Shown: piece after piece, positions 27,537 to 39,954 of the stretch | How the letters are laid out: each line of letters opens with the position of its first letter | Position numbering within the stretch: position 1 is the first letter of the stretch | Source of the DNA: Eledone cirrhosa | Lineage: Eukaryota | Reading direction: 5' to 3' | Assembly (NCBI GenBank): GCA_964016885.1 | Contig: OZ024754.1 | Span: forward strand, 15,624,001 to 15,688,000 | Length of the DNA: 64,000 nt | Position numbers and translations under genes: made by a program | Notes under the pieces: model-generated | What the model saw: only the letters and a program-made list of their open reading frames with translations | Told to the model about the DNA's origin: nothing | The model's database searches: none

Positions 27537-27899
27537 CACTTATCTCTGAAACTATTTAATTAATTATACTTTTGAGAAATTTTAACCGCCCATCAAGATT
27601 GAAGTTGTGCATTGAACGAGATTTTCTCATATCTTAATATATTCTTTCTTTCGTATTCAACTCCTTAATTGAAGAATCTGAAGTTTACAATTATAAATAG
27701 AATAAGGGGCGCAGCATGCTACTTGTGAGTTAATAACGTTAAACCTTATACAATTGTGGCTGTGATTTAATAAAGAGACTTCTAATAAGACAATTTTACA
27801 TCATCACAAACATTTAATAGAAGGGCGGTCAAAAATTATTAAAATTATAAATAGTTCGAAATAGATTAAATGTGTCTAAGATAAGTGGACCACACTGTA
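27537..27899. mobile_element. Possible decayed Tc1/mariner-type MITE
   Basis: Imperfect inverted ends CACTTATCT...TTTTAACCGCCC / GGGCGGTCAAAAA...AGATAAGTGGACCACACTG-TA. The right end reads TA-CAGTG inward. Confidence 0.35.
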
Positions 27900-27913
27900 T
27901 GTACATATATATA

Positions 27914-27960
<47 letters not shown>

Positions 27961-27966
<6 letters not shown>

Positions 27967-28015
27967 CGGTGCCCCAGCATGGCCTCAGCCGGATGGCTGA
28001 AACAGGTAAAAGAGT

Positions 28016-28056
<41 letters not shown>

Positions 28057-28105
28057 CGGTGCCCCAGCATGGCCTCAGCCGGATGGCTGAAACAGGTAAA
28101 AGAGT

Positions 28106-28141
<36 letters not shown>
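27961..28141 (+). repeat. Two identical ~90-bp units: SINE-like 3' end plus (AT)n
   Basis: GGGCGGTGCCCCAGCATGGCCTCAGCCGGATGGCTGAAACAGGTAAAAGAGTAAAAT at 27964 and 28054. Confidence 0.85.
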
Positions 28142-28143
<2 letters not shown>

Positions 28144-28228
28144 TAAGTTGTTCCGGGTTGAATCGGAGGTAACCACAGTAAGTAAGGTACTCAATACATA
28201 GCAGAGTATAAAAGTGTTAATATAGATG

Positions 28229-28279
28229 AGATTCTACAGGACTAGAACTGTTTCATTCTTGAGAAATCATCAGGAATCT
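28229..28279 (-). ncRNA. Type I hammerhead ribozyme in pLTR-like repeat (28142-28710, homologous to 38930-39357)
   Basis: Minus strand AGATTC-CTGATGA-T-TTC-TCAA-GAA-T-GAAA-CAG-TTCTAGTC-CTG-TA-GAATCT. Confidence 0.78.
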
Positions 28280-28772
28280 GACTGTCTCAATAAATGTGGT
28301 GGTATTTATATCTTTTCTGGTGGTAGGAGAGGGTGGGGAGTGGGATGGGTGGAGGTCATTGGTTGAAAGAAAAGGGAATTCATTAAAAGCTAATTCTTTA
28401 AAGCTATAATTTATATTTAGAGTGACAAAGGCAGAAAGGATTCTATAAACAAGTTCAAATTAGGGTGCCACTCCTTAATTTTAAGTTTCTCTTAAGCCAA
28501 CAATGCCTATGTTTCAGGTGTTTATAAGATGGTTGGAGAGTCAGTCATGGTTGATGGGTTTAAAGAAAAGGGAAATTCTTTAAAAGCTAATTCTTTAAAG
28601 CTCTACTTAGAGTAACAAAGGCCTAGAGAATTCTATAAACCAGTTCAAATATTGGGTGCCTGTCCTTATAGTCATGTTTCTCTTAAGCTATATTAGAGGT
28701 GTCTACAGACACACACACACATATATATATATAAATATACACATATACAAACATATACAAACACATATACAC

Positions 28773-28855
<83 letters not shown>

Positions 28856-28873
28856 CACATATATATATACACA

Positions 28874-28948
<75 letters not shown>

Positions 28949-29532
28949 ATTATTGCAGCTGCGCCTGCATATAAACAAAATCATCGATTCTGTAAATTAT
29001 TCAATGTGGAGATATACTGCATTTTAACGTCGGAAAACAAACTTTTGAACAGCAAAATTGAACGTTCACTTTACTGTAACCACCGTTTGAAAACGACTTT
29101 TTCTTTTTTTAAATGCATGTAATGTTACCTTTTTACACCACCGTTTGCAAATTTCTGTTTTATATGTTTATACACACGATATGGCTTTCTATAATAATAG
29201 TACTAAACACTGTTTTTTGGACCCCTTTAGAAATAACCTGCTACTATAATAGCCCCAATAACTTGTCTGTAATTCTGTACTACTTTGACCCCTTTAACTA
29301 AATTTTGTCCAAAGAACACCACTAGAAGAATTTACTTCCCCCGCCAACCCTAACACGCCTCATTAAGCTAACTGCTGCCAAAACATTTTCTCCTTACAAT
29401 CTCTACTACTCTGACAGTCTTAAATCCTAAGACTCCCTCCCCCTTACTCGCTTCCCTCTTCCTCTTCCCTTCCTACCTCTTTCTTTCTCTTATATCTAGT
29501 GTATAAAATATTTTCATATCATTCTACTACAA

Positions 29533-29649
29533 AGGTCTGACGACATGGTGTGTTTTCTTACAGTGTACCTACGATTTATGATAATATTTTTATATTATAC
29601 AAATAGCGAGGTCTAGGTAACCCATACACTATAGAAACAATTGTTACCT
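29533..29649 (+). ncRNA. Type I hammerhead ribozyme with ~90-nt stem II
   Basis: AGGT-CTGACGA-C-ATGGTGTG...TACCTA..ATAATAT/ATATTAT..TAGGTA...TACACTAT-A-GAAA-CAATTG-TT-ACCT, followed by AATAAA. Confidence 0.72.
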
Positions 29650-29692
29650 AATAAATTCTTTATACCCGCATTTCCGTTTCATAAACTTCTTC

Positions 29693-29738
<46 letters not shown>

Positions 29739-29772
29739 TGCATATATATATATATATGCATATATGCATATA

Positions 29773-29836
<64 letters not shown>

Positions 29837-29895
29837 TATATATATATATATATATGCATGCATGCATATATGCATATATATATATATATATATGC

Positions 29896-30454
29896 ACATG
29901 TTATCCATGTGCAACCAGCAGTATTCTTCTCCCCATTTTTTCACATATATTTACCTAAACTGCGATTCTGTTTTTTTCTCTCTCTCTCTCTTACTGCTCC
30001 CTCGCTCTCTGTTTCTCCTACTTTCTTTCACCCCCTCTGTCATGTCAGTTAACTCTTCCTCACACTTCCACTCACTCACTCACTGTTTCTCCTCTTCTCA
30101 CTTCACCCCGTTCGCGACGAAATCATTTTCTCTCTTCTCACATTTGAATTCGCTCCTGAAAGGTCTTTTTTCTAAGCGCTCATATATTCACCTAGCTTAT
30201 GCTAACAGAATAACTATGAAGCTTGTTCCCTTCCTTCTACGGTTAGCTATCCTCTTTGTTGTTATCTTGTTTCACTCGCTTTACGCGTTTTAATTGTCCT
30301 AATAACTTAATTTAGTTATTATTGCACCGACGTGAGGTATATGATTTTTAATGCAATGAAATATCTATGATCGTCGGCAAATCACTGATGAGGGACTTAT
30401 TTTATTACATGTTATCCATGTGCAACCAGCAGCATTCTTCTCCCCATTTTTTCA
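29896..30454. repeat. 511-bp unit with 48-bp terminal direct repeat, between (TA)n tracts
   Basis: ACATGTTATCCATGTGCAACCAGCAGYATTCTTCTCCCCATTTTTTCA at 29896 and 30407. Confidence 0.8.
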
Positions 30455-30570
30455 TATATATATATATATATATATACACTCATACATATACATATATATA
30501 TATATAGATATAATATAATATAATAAAATAACAGGAGGCTGGACTTGTGTAAATCCTTGAAAAGTTTATT

Positions 30571-30628
30571 ATACTATGATCATTTCAATGACCGGGTTCC
30601 GTATGAATCCGATGGGATCATCAGGTAT
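30571..30628 (-). ncRNA. Type I hammerhead ribozyme
   Basis: Minus strand ATAC-CTGATGA-..CGGATTC-ATACG-GAACCCG..-GAAA-TGATCA-TA-GTAT. Confidence 0.68.
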
Positions 30629-31708
30629 TCGAAATATAATAAATGAATGTAACAGATAAAATTCATGGGGCTGAAAATCATAGACCCGAGGACAACCGAC
30701 CATCTAGCATCTTCCACTTTAGCCGGTCGCCCTTAAGTGCTGTCCATTCGGCCTACTTAAGGCCATCTGGTGAGGGGGCCAAAGCTTATAGTGTGCTACT
30801 AACCTCCCGGTCAAAGAGAAGAAAAACAGAAAGGAAGAAGAAGAAAAGTCAACGTTAATGTCATGCTACAAGAAAAAAGACAGAAAGAAAGAGGAAGAAA
30901 AGTCAGCATTAATGCTATGCTACAGTCTGGCCAGGAACTGCCGCGAAAAAAGTTATTCTAAAGGACCCATATCTTAACAGAGGTATATATTATAACAGAG
31001 GTATATATATAGTGGGGGTCTACATGGTATAATGTGTGAGCAGAAGATTGGAACGTTAAATTGTTGTTTAGATTTATAGGATGAAGTTTAAAAAATTAAA
31101 GATTAACATTATAAAATAAAAAAATTAGAAAATTGAAAATTAAACAGTTTAAAAAAATTTTAAGGTTTTGGGTTGCGATGTTTAGTTAAAGAAAGAGTCT
31201 TTTATGAAGAAACTTTAATTGTATTATAGAGATCCTCTATAAGTTATCCGAGTGGGATGTAGAGTAAAGATTATGTCCTTGTTTAGCAGTCAAACAGCAT
31301 GAGGTGACTGCAGACTCCGGCCAGCCCATCCTAACCACGTGTCAGCCATTCCGAGTGAGATCGCCTCGCGAAAGATACGGAAATCAATTTTTCCAAGCAC
31401 TCTAGGAATATATTCCAGGCTTCAGGTGTGCTAGTGGGAAGTCAGCCATCGCCGTTAGGCCATCGTTATACCAAACGAGTACTATTAATTTACACATATA
31501 CATATATATACATATATATATATACATATATATACATACATTTATACATATACACACACACGTATACACACACACGTATACACACACACGTATGTACGTG
31601 TGTGTGGCCGACTGAACTCACTCGATATGCAAATTAGGCTGCTCAGCCGTTAATTTTCATAAGGAAAGTATATACTTTCGGACGTTCAACCATCTGGCAG
31701 AAAGGTAT

Positions 31709-31751
31709 ACGGTGCTGACGATAGCTAACACGCTTGAAACTAGTACATCGT
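31709..31751 (+). ncRNA. Minimal type I hammerhead ribozyme (repeat family also at 39590-39900)
   Basis: ACGGTG-CTGACGA-T-AGC-TAACAC-GCT-T-GAAA-CTAG-TA-CATCGT. Confidence 0.78.
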
Positions 31752-32042
31752 TCCTGTGTCAGTGTTGAACAAAAAGGTGACGTGGTTACCTGAACACTGT
31801 ACGGCGTAAATCAGGTTGTTCGTTTGTTTACAAACGAACAAAGCGAACATTATAATAAATGTTCGGTAAACTGATACGTGCATATATATATGTGTGCCTG
31901 TATGTATATTTGTATATATATATATGCATGCTACTGTACGTCTGTATACATATATGTATGTACGTATACATACATACTTACATTTAAGTAAGTGCCGTAC
32001 TAAGAGTGAGAAATGAAATGTCGTTTCATTCTATTCTATATA

Positions 32043-32076
<34 letters not shown>

Positions 32077-32147
32077 CACACATACATACATATATACACA
32101 TATATACATATATACACACATACACATACATATATATATATATACAC

Positions 32148-33099
32148 ATTCTATTCTATTCTAAGGCGGGTAAAATTCCCGAGATCCAAGGACGAGTTCT
32201 CTCCAGCGGTCTCTGTCCCTTATTATCGCTGCCATGTCCTGCGTCTCCAACATACCAGTGTGTGTCCTTAGGGCATCAACATACGTTAACCTTGGTCTTC
32301 CTCTTCTAGTGTGTCCATGTAGGGGTTCCCAAAGGAGCACTGAGTGCAATGTCAACTCTGGATGTCGGTGAGCATGTCCAGCTAACCTCAATCTCCTCTG
32401 TGTCACTTTTGAGCTGACTTTTGGGATGCTCCCATACAGCTCTGAGTTTTTCATCCTCAGTGTATACTGATTAATGTTCAGAGCCCTCCTCAGCATTCTC
32501 GTGTAGCACCCATCCACCATCTGAGTGAGTTTCTTGGTCAGTGTCCAAGTCTCAGACCCATACAGCAGCACAGACTCCACTACAGCAATGAAGAGGCGGA
32601 TTTTCAGGTCTCTACTAAGGTCCGACTTCCACACCGATCTCAAGCTGTGGCACACCGCCCAGGCCTTGCTCTTCCTCTCAACCACATCATCTTCCGTATT
32701 CCCTATCTTTGCTCCCAAATACAGGAAGCCCTCAACAAATTCTAGCGGCTTCCCGCCTACATTAGTGATCCCCTCTGGCTTCTCAACATTCTCTACCAGA
32801 TATTTTGTCTTAATCTCATTCATTCTCAGCCCCACACTCATCGACACAGTCTCAACCTCCCGCATCAAATCCTCTGCCTCCTTCACTGTATTTGTCACCA
32901 AAACTATGTCGTCGGCAAATTCAGCATCCGATACCTTTTTCGCCCTAACTCTTCTGCTCTGAGCCGGTGCTACAGTAAAGCCAGAGTCCTGGTGTTTCTC
33001 CAGTGCAAGGCGCATACAATAGTCCACTACGATGATAAAAAGGTAGGGAGCCAATGTATCTCCCTGGAGCACTCCAGCCAGTATCTCAAAGAACTCTGT
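32148..33099 (-). mobile_element. RTE-group (RTE-X-like) LINE, 3' half of RT and C-terminus, (TAGAA)n tail
   Basis: GVLQGDTLAPYLF, EFADD, FLYLG, LLYGSETW, RRLRLAGH, RGRP. The stop codon runs directly into TAGAATAGAATAGAAT. Confidence 0.9.
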
Positions 33100-34750
33100 C
33101 CTGGGTATGACATTAAACTACTTCCAGTGGCAAGGCTCCAGTTCGGGAGTTCAGGAGTTGTGGGGAATGTGGAGTTACCCCTTAGTTGTCATGACTCCCA
33201 GGTCTGCCCTGGCCCGGGGTGGTAGTACCTGTTAGGGCTCCATTTATGGGTTAAATAACTACCTTATTCGAGTGGCGCCGGTAAGGTATTGTCAGCCATT
33301 GAAAATAAATATGGAGAGTCGATCTAACAGCACTATGGTTAGAGCCCCTAATTACACTGTCAAGGAGTAGCCTGGTCGTTATGACTCTGCTGACTTAGAG
33401 CCACAGAGAGGGCCAGTGGAGGATGGATCAGCTGTCTCTGAGACAAATATAAAGAATGCAGTTTTGTCCTGCAGAAGAGCCATCAAAATGGGCACTGAAT
33501 ATGAGGACTATTCGGACGCTGGAGAAGAAAGAGGAGTTGGGACATCTGTTCGAGGAGAGTGGTATACAGATACTTGCGATCCAAGAACACAGGATCCTAC
33601 ACGATGAGCCCGTGAGGAGTGTGATGATCGGGAAGAGGAGCCAGCTCATCACTACATCGGCAGTGAAGAACACAACAAATGCTGCAGTGGGAGGAGTGGG
33701 TTTTGTGTTCAGTGCAAAAACCAATCTGTTGGTGAGGGAAATAATGCCTATCTCCCCGCGAGTGTGGAGGGTGACCTTCAATGGAAACCCAAGACTGACA
33801 GTCGTCTCAGCCTATAGTCCAACCGAGGGGGACAGTGATGTGAGTGCGGAAGAGTTCCATGAGGAGGTGTGTAGAGCTGTCAACACCACTCAGGCACACA
33901 ATATCCTGCTTGTTTTGGGGGACTTCAATGCACATCTGAGTAAGGAGGGCAGTGAAGATCCTTGCTGGTACTTCCATGACAACACCAACCGAAATGGAAG
34001 ACTACTGAGAGACACCCTGCTGGAGGCGAACTTGATGGCGACCAACCTAAGGTTTAGGAGGAATCTGGGGAAAATGTGGACCTACATCTCAGATATGCAC
34101 CTGTCCAAGTCCCAGATTGATTTCATTCTGGTGAGGAAAAAGTGGCGGAATAGTGTTCTGAACACAGAACCATACAGCTATTTCAGTACACTGGGTAGTG
34201 ACCACCGGCTTGTTATGAGTGAGGTCCGAGTGAGCTTAAGAAAGAGCAAGGCTCGGCCTCGGAGAGCAATCTATGACTGGGGATCTTTCAAGGAAGATGA
34301 TAAGCTACAGGAGAGGTTCACAGTGGAAGTGAGAAACAGGTTTAGTGCTCTGTGTGGAGAGTCAGAGGAGAGAGAGATTGGATGGACTGAGGAGAGTGTG
34401 ACGAGGAGGTGCGGCCACTTCACCAATGCAGTGGCGGAAGCAAGTGAAACCCTGGTGCCGAGGAAAAAGAACAAAGGGAAGCACGTCAGCTCTGCAAACC
34501 CAAAAGTCTCAGCAGCCAGAGAACACCTGAAAGCTGCCAAGGACCAATTCTATGCTGATCCTACGGAGGAGAGGATGGAGACTGTGGAGGTGATGAGGGA
34601 AGAACTCTGTACCGCTTACACTGAGGTCAGAGAGGAGGCACTGATAGAGAAGATCAGAAGTGTGGAGAGAGCGGTTGACAGATCTGGATGTAAGGAGAGC
34701 TGGATGATCATGAACGAGATCACAGGGAGGAAGAGAAGGTGTTCGAGTAA
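33097..34750 (+). mobile_element. 5' UTR + APE-type endonuclease of an RTE-group LINE (inverted relative to its RT half)
   Basis: ORF 33456-34784 has NMRT, ILAIQEHR, GGVGF, SAYSPT, LGDFNA, NRNG, QIDFIL and SDH. The 5' UTR 33097-33260 resembles an abundant octopus SINE body (from memory). Confidence 0.9.
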
Positions 34751-35400
34751 AATGAAATTCCAGCACAAGCCAAGGTGCCTCTGACATAGTCCCGGTGCCG
34801 CATTTTTAGTTTGTGTGGTGGCCGCTTTCCTTCACACAGTTCTCCGTAGTAAGTTGCTTCGGAATGTGACCATCAGACAAGCGGACCACGTGTCCACACC
34901 ACCTCAATTGGTGCCGAAAGATCCTGCTCTCAATAATCACGCACCTGTTCTGTTCGAGAACTTCCAAATCACTGAAGAACATTTTCCATCGCACCCCAAG
35001 TAACTTACGAAGAGATTGTTGGTGAAATTTCTCCAGTTCGTTGGGGTGCTTTCTGTATGTGACCCACGTTTCACAAGCATAAAGCAAAGACGAAACGACA
35101 CAAATCAGATACACTTTCACCTTGGTTTCGATAGTGATAGCTCGTCTGGACCATAAACGTTGATGCAGCCGCCCAAAAGCATCACTGGCTTTCCTGATTC
35201 TTAAGGATATCTCATCATCAAGTGTGCATGAATTGTTCAGTGTACTACCAAGATAAACAAACTTGTCAGCAACTTTTAGTCTCTTTCCGTACACGTACAC
35301 CCTTGGTGTAGTGTATTCTTTTCCAGGTGCTGGCTGATACATCACAGCAGTCTTTTCCAAGCTTATTGTGAGACCCAAAGCGCTGCAAGCTTCATAAAAA
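34750..35400 (-). pseudogene. Second RTE (BovB-like) LINE RT C-terminal fragment
   Basis: LGLTISLEKT, KFVYLGSTL, DDEISLRIRKASDAFGRL, LLYACETW, QLRWCGHVVRL; frameshift near 34845. Confidence 0.85.
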
Positions 35401-36056
35401 GAGTACATCCATACGTGCATACATACATACGTACATTATACATAAGTGCATATATACATGCATACATACATGCATACATACATGCATACATAAATGCATA
35501 CATACATAAGTGCATACATACATACATGGTGGCTGCCAACTCGTTTTCGAGTACGACCACTACTTTATATCCATGTAGGAGAACCCCTACCGATGCGCTG
35601 AACGAGTGTGACTTTTTAGTCCAGCCAGCGACTTGAAAACTCTGGTACAAACACTACACTTGTGACAATTATTAACACACAGTGCTAAGCCCATGGTACC
35701 ACGTGACGACAAGTGCAGAGAGATCTCCAGATATAAAGCAATGTCTGTGCCGTGAAGCTTTTATAGTGAGCAAAGGCACTGCACAAAGCCAGTCCCACGC
35801 TCTTAACCAAGATGATATTTACCAAAAAAAAGAACAAGTCAACATCATTGGATACCATCAGGGTTGCAGGTGTTATATCAGAGTTTTCCTTTGCCTAGAA
35901 TTCTGCCCTGACAAAGGCTAAGGGGTCATCTCTCCCGGTGATTTTGGATAGCCATATGTATATATGTATATATGTATATATGTATATATATATATATGTA
36001 TATATATATATGTATATATGTATATATGTATATATATATATGTATGTATATATATG

Positions 36057-36089
<33 letters not shown>

Positions 36090-36304
36090 TATGTCAGGTC
36101 ACCAGTTGGTGCTACTGGTAAAATGTATCCCAGTACAACCTGTCTCATGGTCGGGTCGTTGGCGACTAAACTGGCAACCCCACCAAGGTTTCTTGGTGAG
36201 GAGGGTGACTTTGGACATCCTTCAGGACTAAAAACAAAACCTGTCAAAGGGCAAAGGAGCTCTTAAGAGTCACATACATACATACATATATACATACATA
36301 CATG

Positions 36305-36691
36305 CACCATCTTGTCTTGATTCCATCAGGCCTACGCAACACTTTGTTTCGATTTGTTGACTGCAGTCGGGCAATGATTGTGGTGATGGGCCACATATAC
36401 TTTTCAAGTTCGTGTTATAAGGATTTAGTGTGGAAATGCCTAAATAGATTAAGATCTGGTGTTGGTCGTGCAAAAGCCGATCTGGCAAAATGGGGATATT
36501 TAAAGGATGTGTGACTGCCGCATCGAACCACAGACTACGCAGCACCTCCTGCTATGCCTCCTGCTGGAACACCTCTGCACAGCATGGGACTTGGTAAAGT
36601 TTAGTGGGAAAGAACAGCAATGTGTCCAGCTGTGGTAGAACCACTACTAACCAAACTTTGTAACTGACACTCTTATGGACACGATAAGAAG
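36305..36691 (+). pseudogene. Ingi/Vingi-type LINE 3' end
   Basis: WKCLNRLRSGVGRAKADLAKWGY, then a frameshifted CDC..EPQTTQHLLLC zinc knuckle, ending GGACACGATAAGAAGA. Confidence 0.7.
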
Positions 36692-37039
36692 ATTTAGCTC
36701 AGAGTTCGAGCTACACTCGCGCCTTACATTCTTTGAAAGCATTGTCCGGCTGAGATTTTTCTGCACCGTCATTCGAAAATGACAAGAATTTGTCCAGACA
36801 TGTTTTCTTCTCTTGTTGAGGTCTTGCCACTAGTGGCTCCTCTGCAGTAAATCAGTCCTGATGTTTTTCTCTGCATAAACCTATATACAGAAATAATTAC
36901 ATACATACATATATACATACATGATGGCTGCCCCCTCGTTATCGAGTATGGATTTTTGGATGGCCGTTGACTCTTATGAGTTCTTCCGCCCTTTGTCAGG
37001 TTTTGTTTTTGTCCTGCATGGTGTCCAAATTCAATCACT

Positions 37040-37533
37040 CCAGTTCCTATTATAATTAATCCTCGGCCACTTGCAAATAACTCTGTTAATAATCATAATT
37101 GTAAATGCAACTGCTGTATTAGAACTAATTGTCCTCTTAGTAATTTCTGCCTCGATAAAAACCTAATATATGAAGGTAAAGTGGTAACTAGTAACAATTC
37201 CTATACCTACATTGGCTCTACTTCTACCTCTTTTAAAGCAAGACTCTACAATCATTCTTCTACATTTAAATATTCACTTAAAAGGATCAGCACCGCACTC
37301 TCAGAACTTATTTGGTCTTTAAAAGCCAAAAACATTAATTACGAAATTTCTTGGCGTAAAATTTGCAACGCGTTCCATACTCCAATGCTTCCATATCTAG
37401 GGTTTGTAATTTATGTCTAGCTGAAAAATTTACCATTATCTCGAATTTCAACTCTTTAATAAATAGACGTACAGATTTATTTGGACTTTGTAATCATAAA
37501 TCTTTCAAGACCTTTCACAAAGTATACAGCTAA
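37040..37533 (+). pseudogene. 5'-truncated PLE GIY-YIG endonuclease
   Basis: CNCCIRTNCPLSNFCLDKNLIYEGKV..TYIGSTSTSFKARLYNHSSTF..TALSELIWSLK; frameshift near 37380; CNLCLAEK and CNHK downstream. Confidence 0.85.
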
Positions 37534-38429
37534 TGTCCTATAACATATTCCACGAATAACGGTTAATTTTTTACACATACTTATTTTTTACACATATATT
37601 TTTTCACACACTTTTTTTCACACATATTTCATTATATTCTACAATGTATTAATTCAGTTTTCCCAGCATATTTTAAGCCTTTCAATTTTTTTTTGTTCTC
37701 TTAAGCCTTTCACCTTTTTTTTCTCTTAAGCCTTTCACCTTTTTTCTCTATAGCCTTAAATTTTCGTTCAAACCTTCGTAGATTTTGTAAACAAAGTATG
37801 ACCTCATATGTCTTTCTACGTTTAAACCTTTCTAGCAATTTCCTTTATTTACTTGTTGATATAAAATAATAATTAAATAATATACCCCACATATATAGAT
37901 TTTTAATAGTAATTTTTAATTATGACATACATAGACTATTCTTATTTTTATTTTTTATTCTATTCTATCTTATTTTATTTTATTTTATTTTAAAAACCTT
38001 TTTTTTTAAACCTTTTTTATAATTATTTTAATTTTATTTTATTTTATTTTATTTTATTAATACATTTTTACACTTCTTAATCCAATTTTTAGTATTCAAA
38101 CCCAATATAAAATAATATACCCAGTTTCTATATTCTAGACCTCTGATATTTGTAATATTCGCACATACACCTCATCAATTTTTTTTTTTTTTTCATCCAT
38201 TATTTACAGCTGTTTTCATTTTGACAGCGTTCCTCTCTCTCTCTCTCTTTCTCTTTCTCTCTCCTCCTTCTTTCTTTCTTTTTTTCTCTCTTCTATTTCT
38301 TTTTCCTTTTTCCTTCTTCTTTCCTTTTCTTCATTTTTCCTATTTTTCTCTTACTTTTATATTTTTGTCATATGTAGAATGGACACTTTCTTGTTCACAA
38401 GTGTTTTTAGACCTCATATCATGTTACCT

Positions 38430-38498
38430 TATTTTATCTGATGAGAACACAATTTTGTCCCAGGATGATGTTGTTTTCGAAATGCGCATAATAAAATA
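38430..38498 (+). ncRNA. Type I hammerhead ribozyme (TGCGCA family), 3' pLTR of the 37040 PLE
   Basis: TATTTTAT-CTGATGA-GAACAC..GTTTTC-GAAA-TGCGCA-TA-ATAAAATA. Confidence 0.82.
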
Positions 38499-39221
38499 TA
38501 TGGAACTTTTTTTTAACCATCTTTTAATTTCTTCTTTAATATATACTCCAGTTCTACCAACTGTTGAGTGTTACTTATCTGATATATGCATAGTTTTATT
38601 GTTCTACAATATTACTCACCTCCTACATATATATATTTATATGTATATATATATATGTATGCGTATGTATGTACATATATATGTATATATATATATATAT
38701 ATATATTTGTATATATGTATGTGTGTATGTACCATTATGTATGTTTGTTTTGTGTGTGACAGCCTGTGTGTGCGTATATGTGTGTGTACGTGTGTAAGTG
38801 GGCGAGTGTGTGAATGTGTTTGTCGACACCTGGAATATATATTGAGAGAATCTTCACAATAAAGGTTCTCACCCCAACACTTGAATCTGTTGAGGGAACC
38901 CTTTCTGCCTTTCTCACCCTTACTTCAGCCTTAAAGATTTAGCTTCTAAAGAATTTCCCTTTCTTTAAACCAATGAACCCCACCCATCTTGTAGACACCT
39001 GTCTTACAGACATTGTTACTTTAAGTGATAAACAAGGATTGGTATTCCAAATTTGAATTTGTTTACAGTATTCTTTCTGCCTTTGATAATATTATAGCTT
39101 TTAATGAACTCCCTTTTCCTTAAATCCTTCAACCAATAACCTACACCCATACCAATCCCCACCCTCTCCTACTACCAGAAAAGAAAAGATATAAATACCA
39201 CCACCTACTTGGACAGCCGCC

Positions 39222-39272
39222 AGCTTCCTGATGATTTCTCACGAATGAAACAGTTCTAGTCCTGTAGCAGCT
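39222..39272 (+). ncRNA. Type I hammerhead ribozyme (same family as 28229)
   Basis: AGCTTC-CTGATGA-TTTCTCACGAAT-GAAA-CAGTTCTAGTCCTG-TA-GCAGCT. Confidence 0.72.
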
Positions 39273-39393
39273 CTTCTATATTAAAAAATGTATACTCTGC
39301 TATGTATTGAGTACCTTACTTACTGTGGTTACCTCCGATTCAATCCGGAATAACTTATATATATATATATATTGTTTTTTTGTTCAAATTCTA

Positions 39394-39451
39394 GTTGTCT
39401 GATGAGGTCATATCTGTTGCATAATGGTTATCCCGAAATATATATAATAGC
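39394..39451 (+). ncRNA. Type I hammerhead ribozyme
   Basis: GTTGT-CTGATGA-GG..CC-GAAA-TATATA-TA-ATAGC. Confidence 0.62.
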
Positions 39452-39650
39452 GAATATGAATAAACATAGTTAATTTTAACCTGTTCACTTACACTTCTTG
39501 TTTATATATATATAATTCCACCTGTCTACATATTCTTCTATAGAATATGTATTTGGTATATATACAATATACTGTGTTTCTTATACGATATACGGCTCTC
39601 ATAAGGAGAGTATAAACTTTCAAACGTTCAATCATCTGACAGAAAGGTAT

Positions 39651-39693
39651 ACGATGTTGACGATAGCTAATAAGCTTGAAACTAGTACCTCGT
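39651..39693 (+). ncRNA. Decayed copy of the 31709 hammerhead
   Basis: ACGATG-TTGACGA-TAGC..GCTT-GAAA-CTAG-TA-CCTCGT; C3 is mutated to T. Confidence 0.55.
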
Positions 39694-39894
39694 TCCGGTG
39701 TCAGTGTTGAACAAAAGGGCGACGATGGTTGCCGAGCACTGTACGGCGTATTTCGGGCTGATTGTTTACAAACAAGCCGAACATTATAATAAATGTTCTG
39801 TAAACCCATACGTACATATATATATGTGTGCATGTATGTATATATATACATACTACTGTACGTCTGTACACATATATGTATGTACGTATACATA

Positions 39895-39947
<53 letters not shown>

Positions 39948-39954
<7 letters not shown>

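Noticed and set aside
32011-34758. AAATGAAAT as TSD of the inverted LINE
   Set aside because: It is a low-complexity 9-mer. The left copy is 130 bp from the tail and the right copy falls in the neighbouring LINE's coding remnant.
36095-36245. HDV-like ribozyme at a LINE 5' end (GGTCACC...GGTGACT)
   Set aside because: P1 and P2-like pairings exist, but I could not place the canonical L3 / P1.1 nucleotides. It needs a descriptor search.
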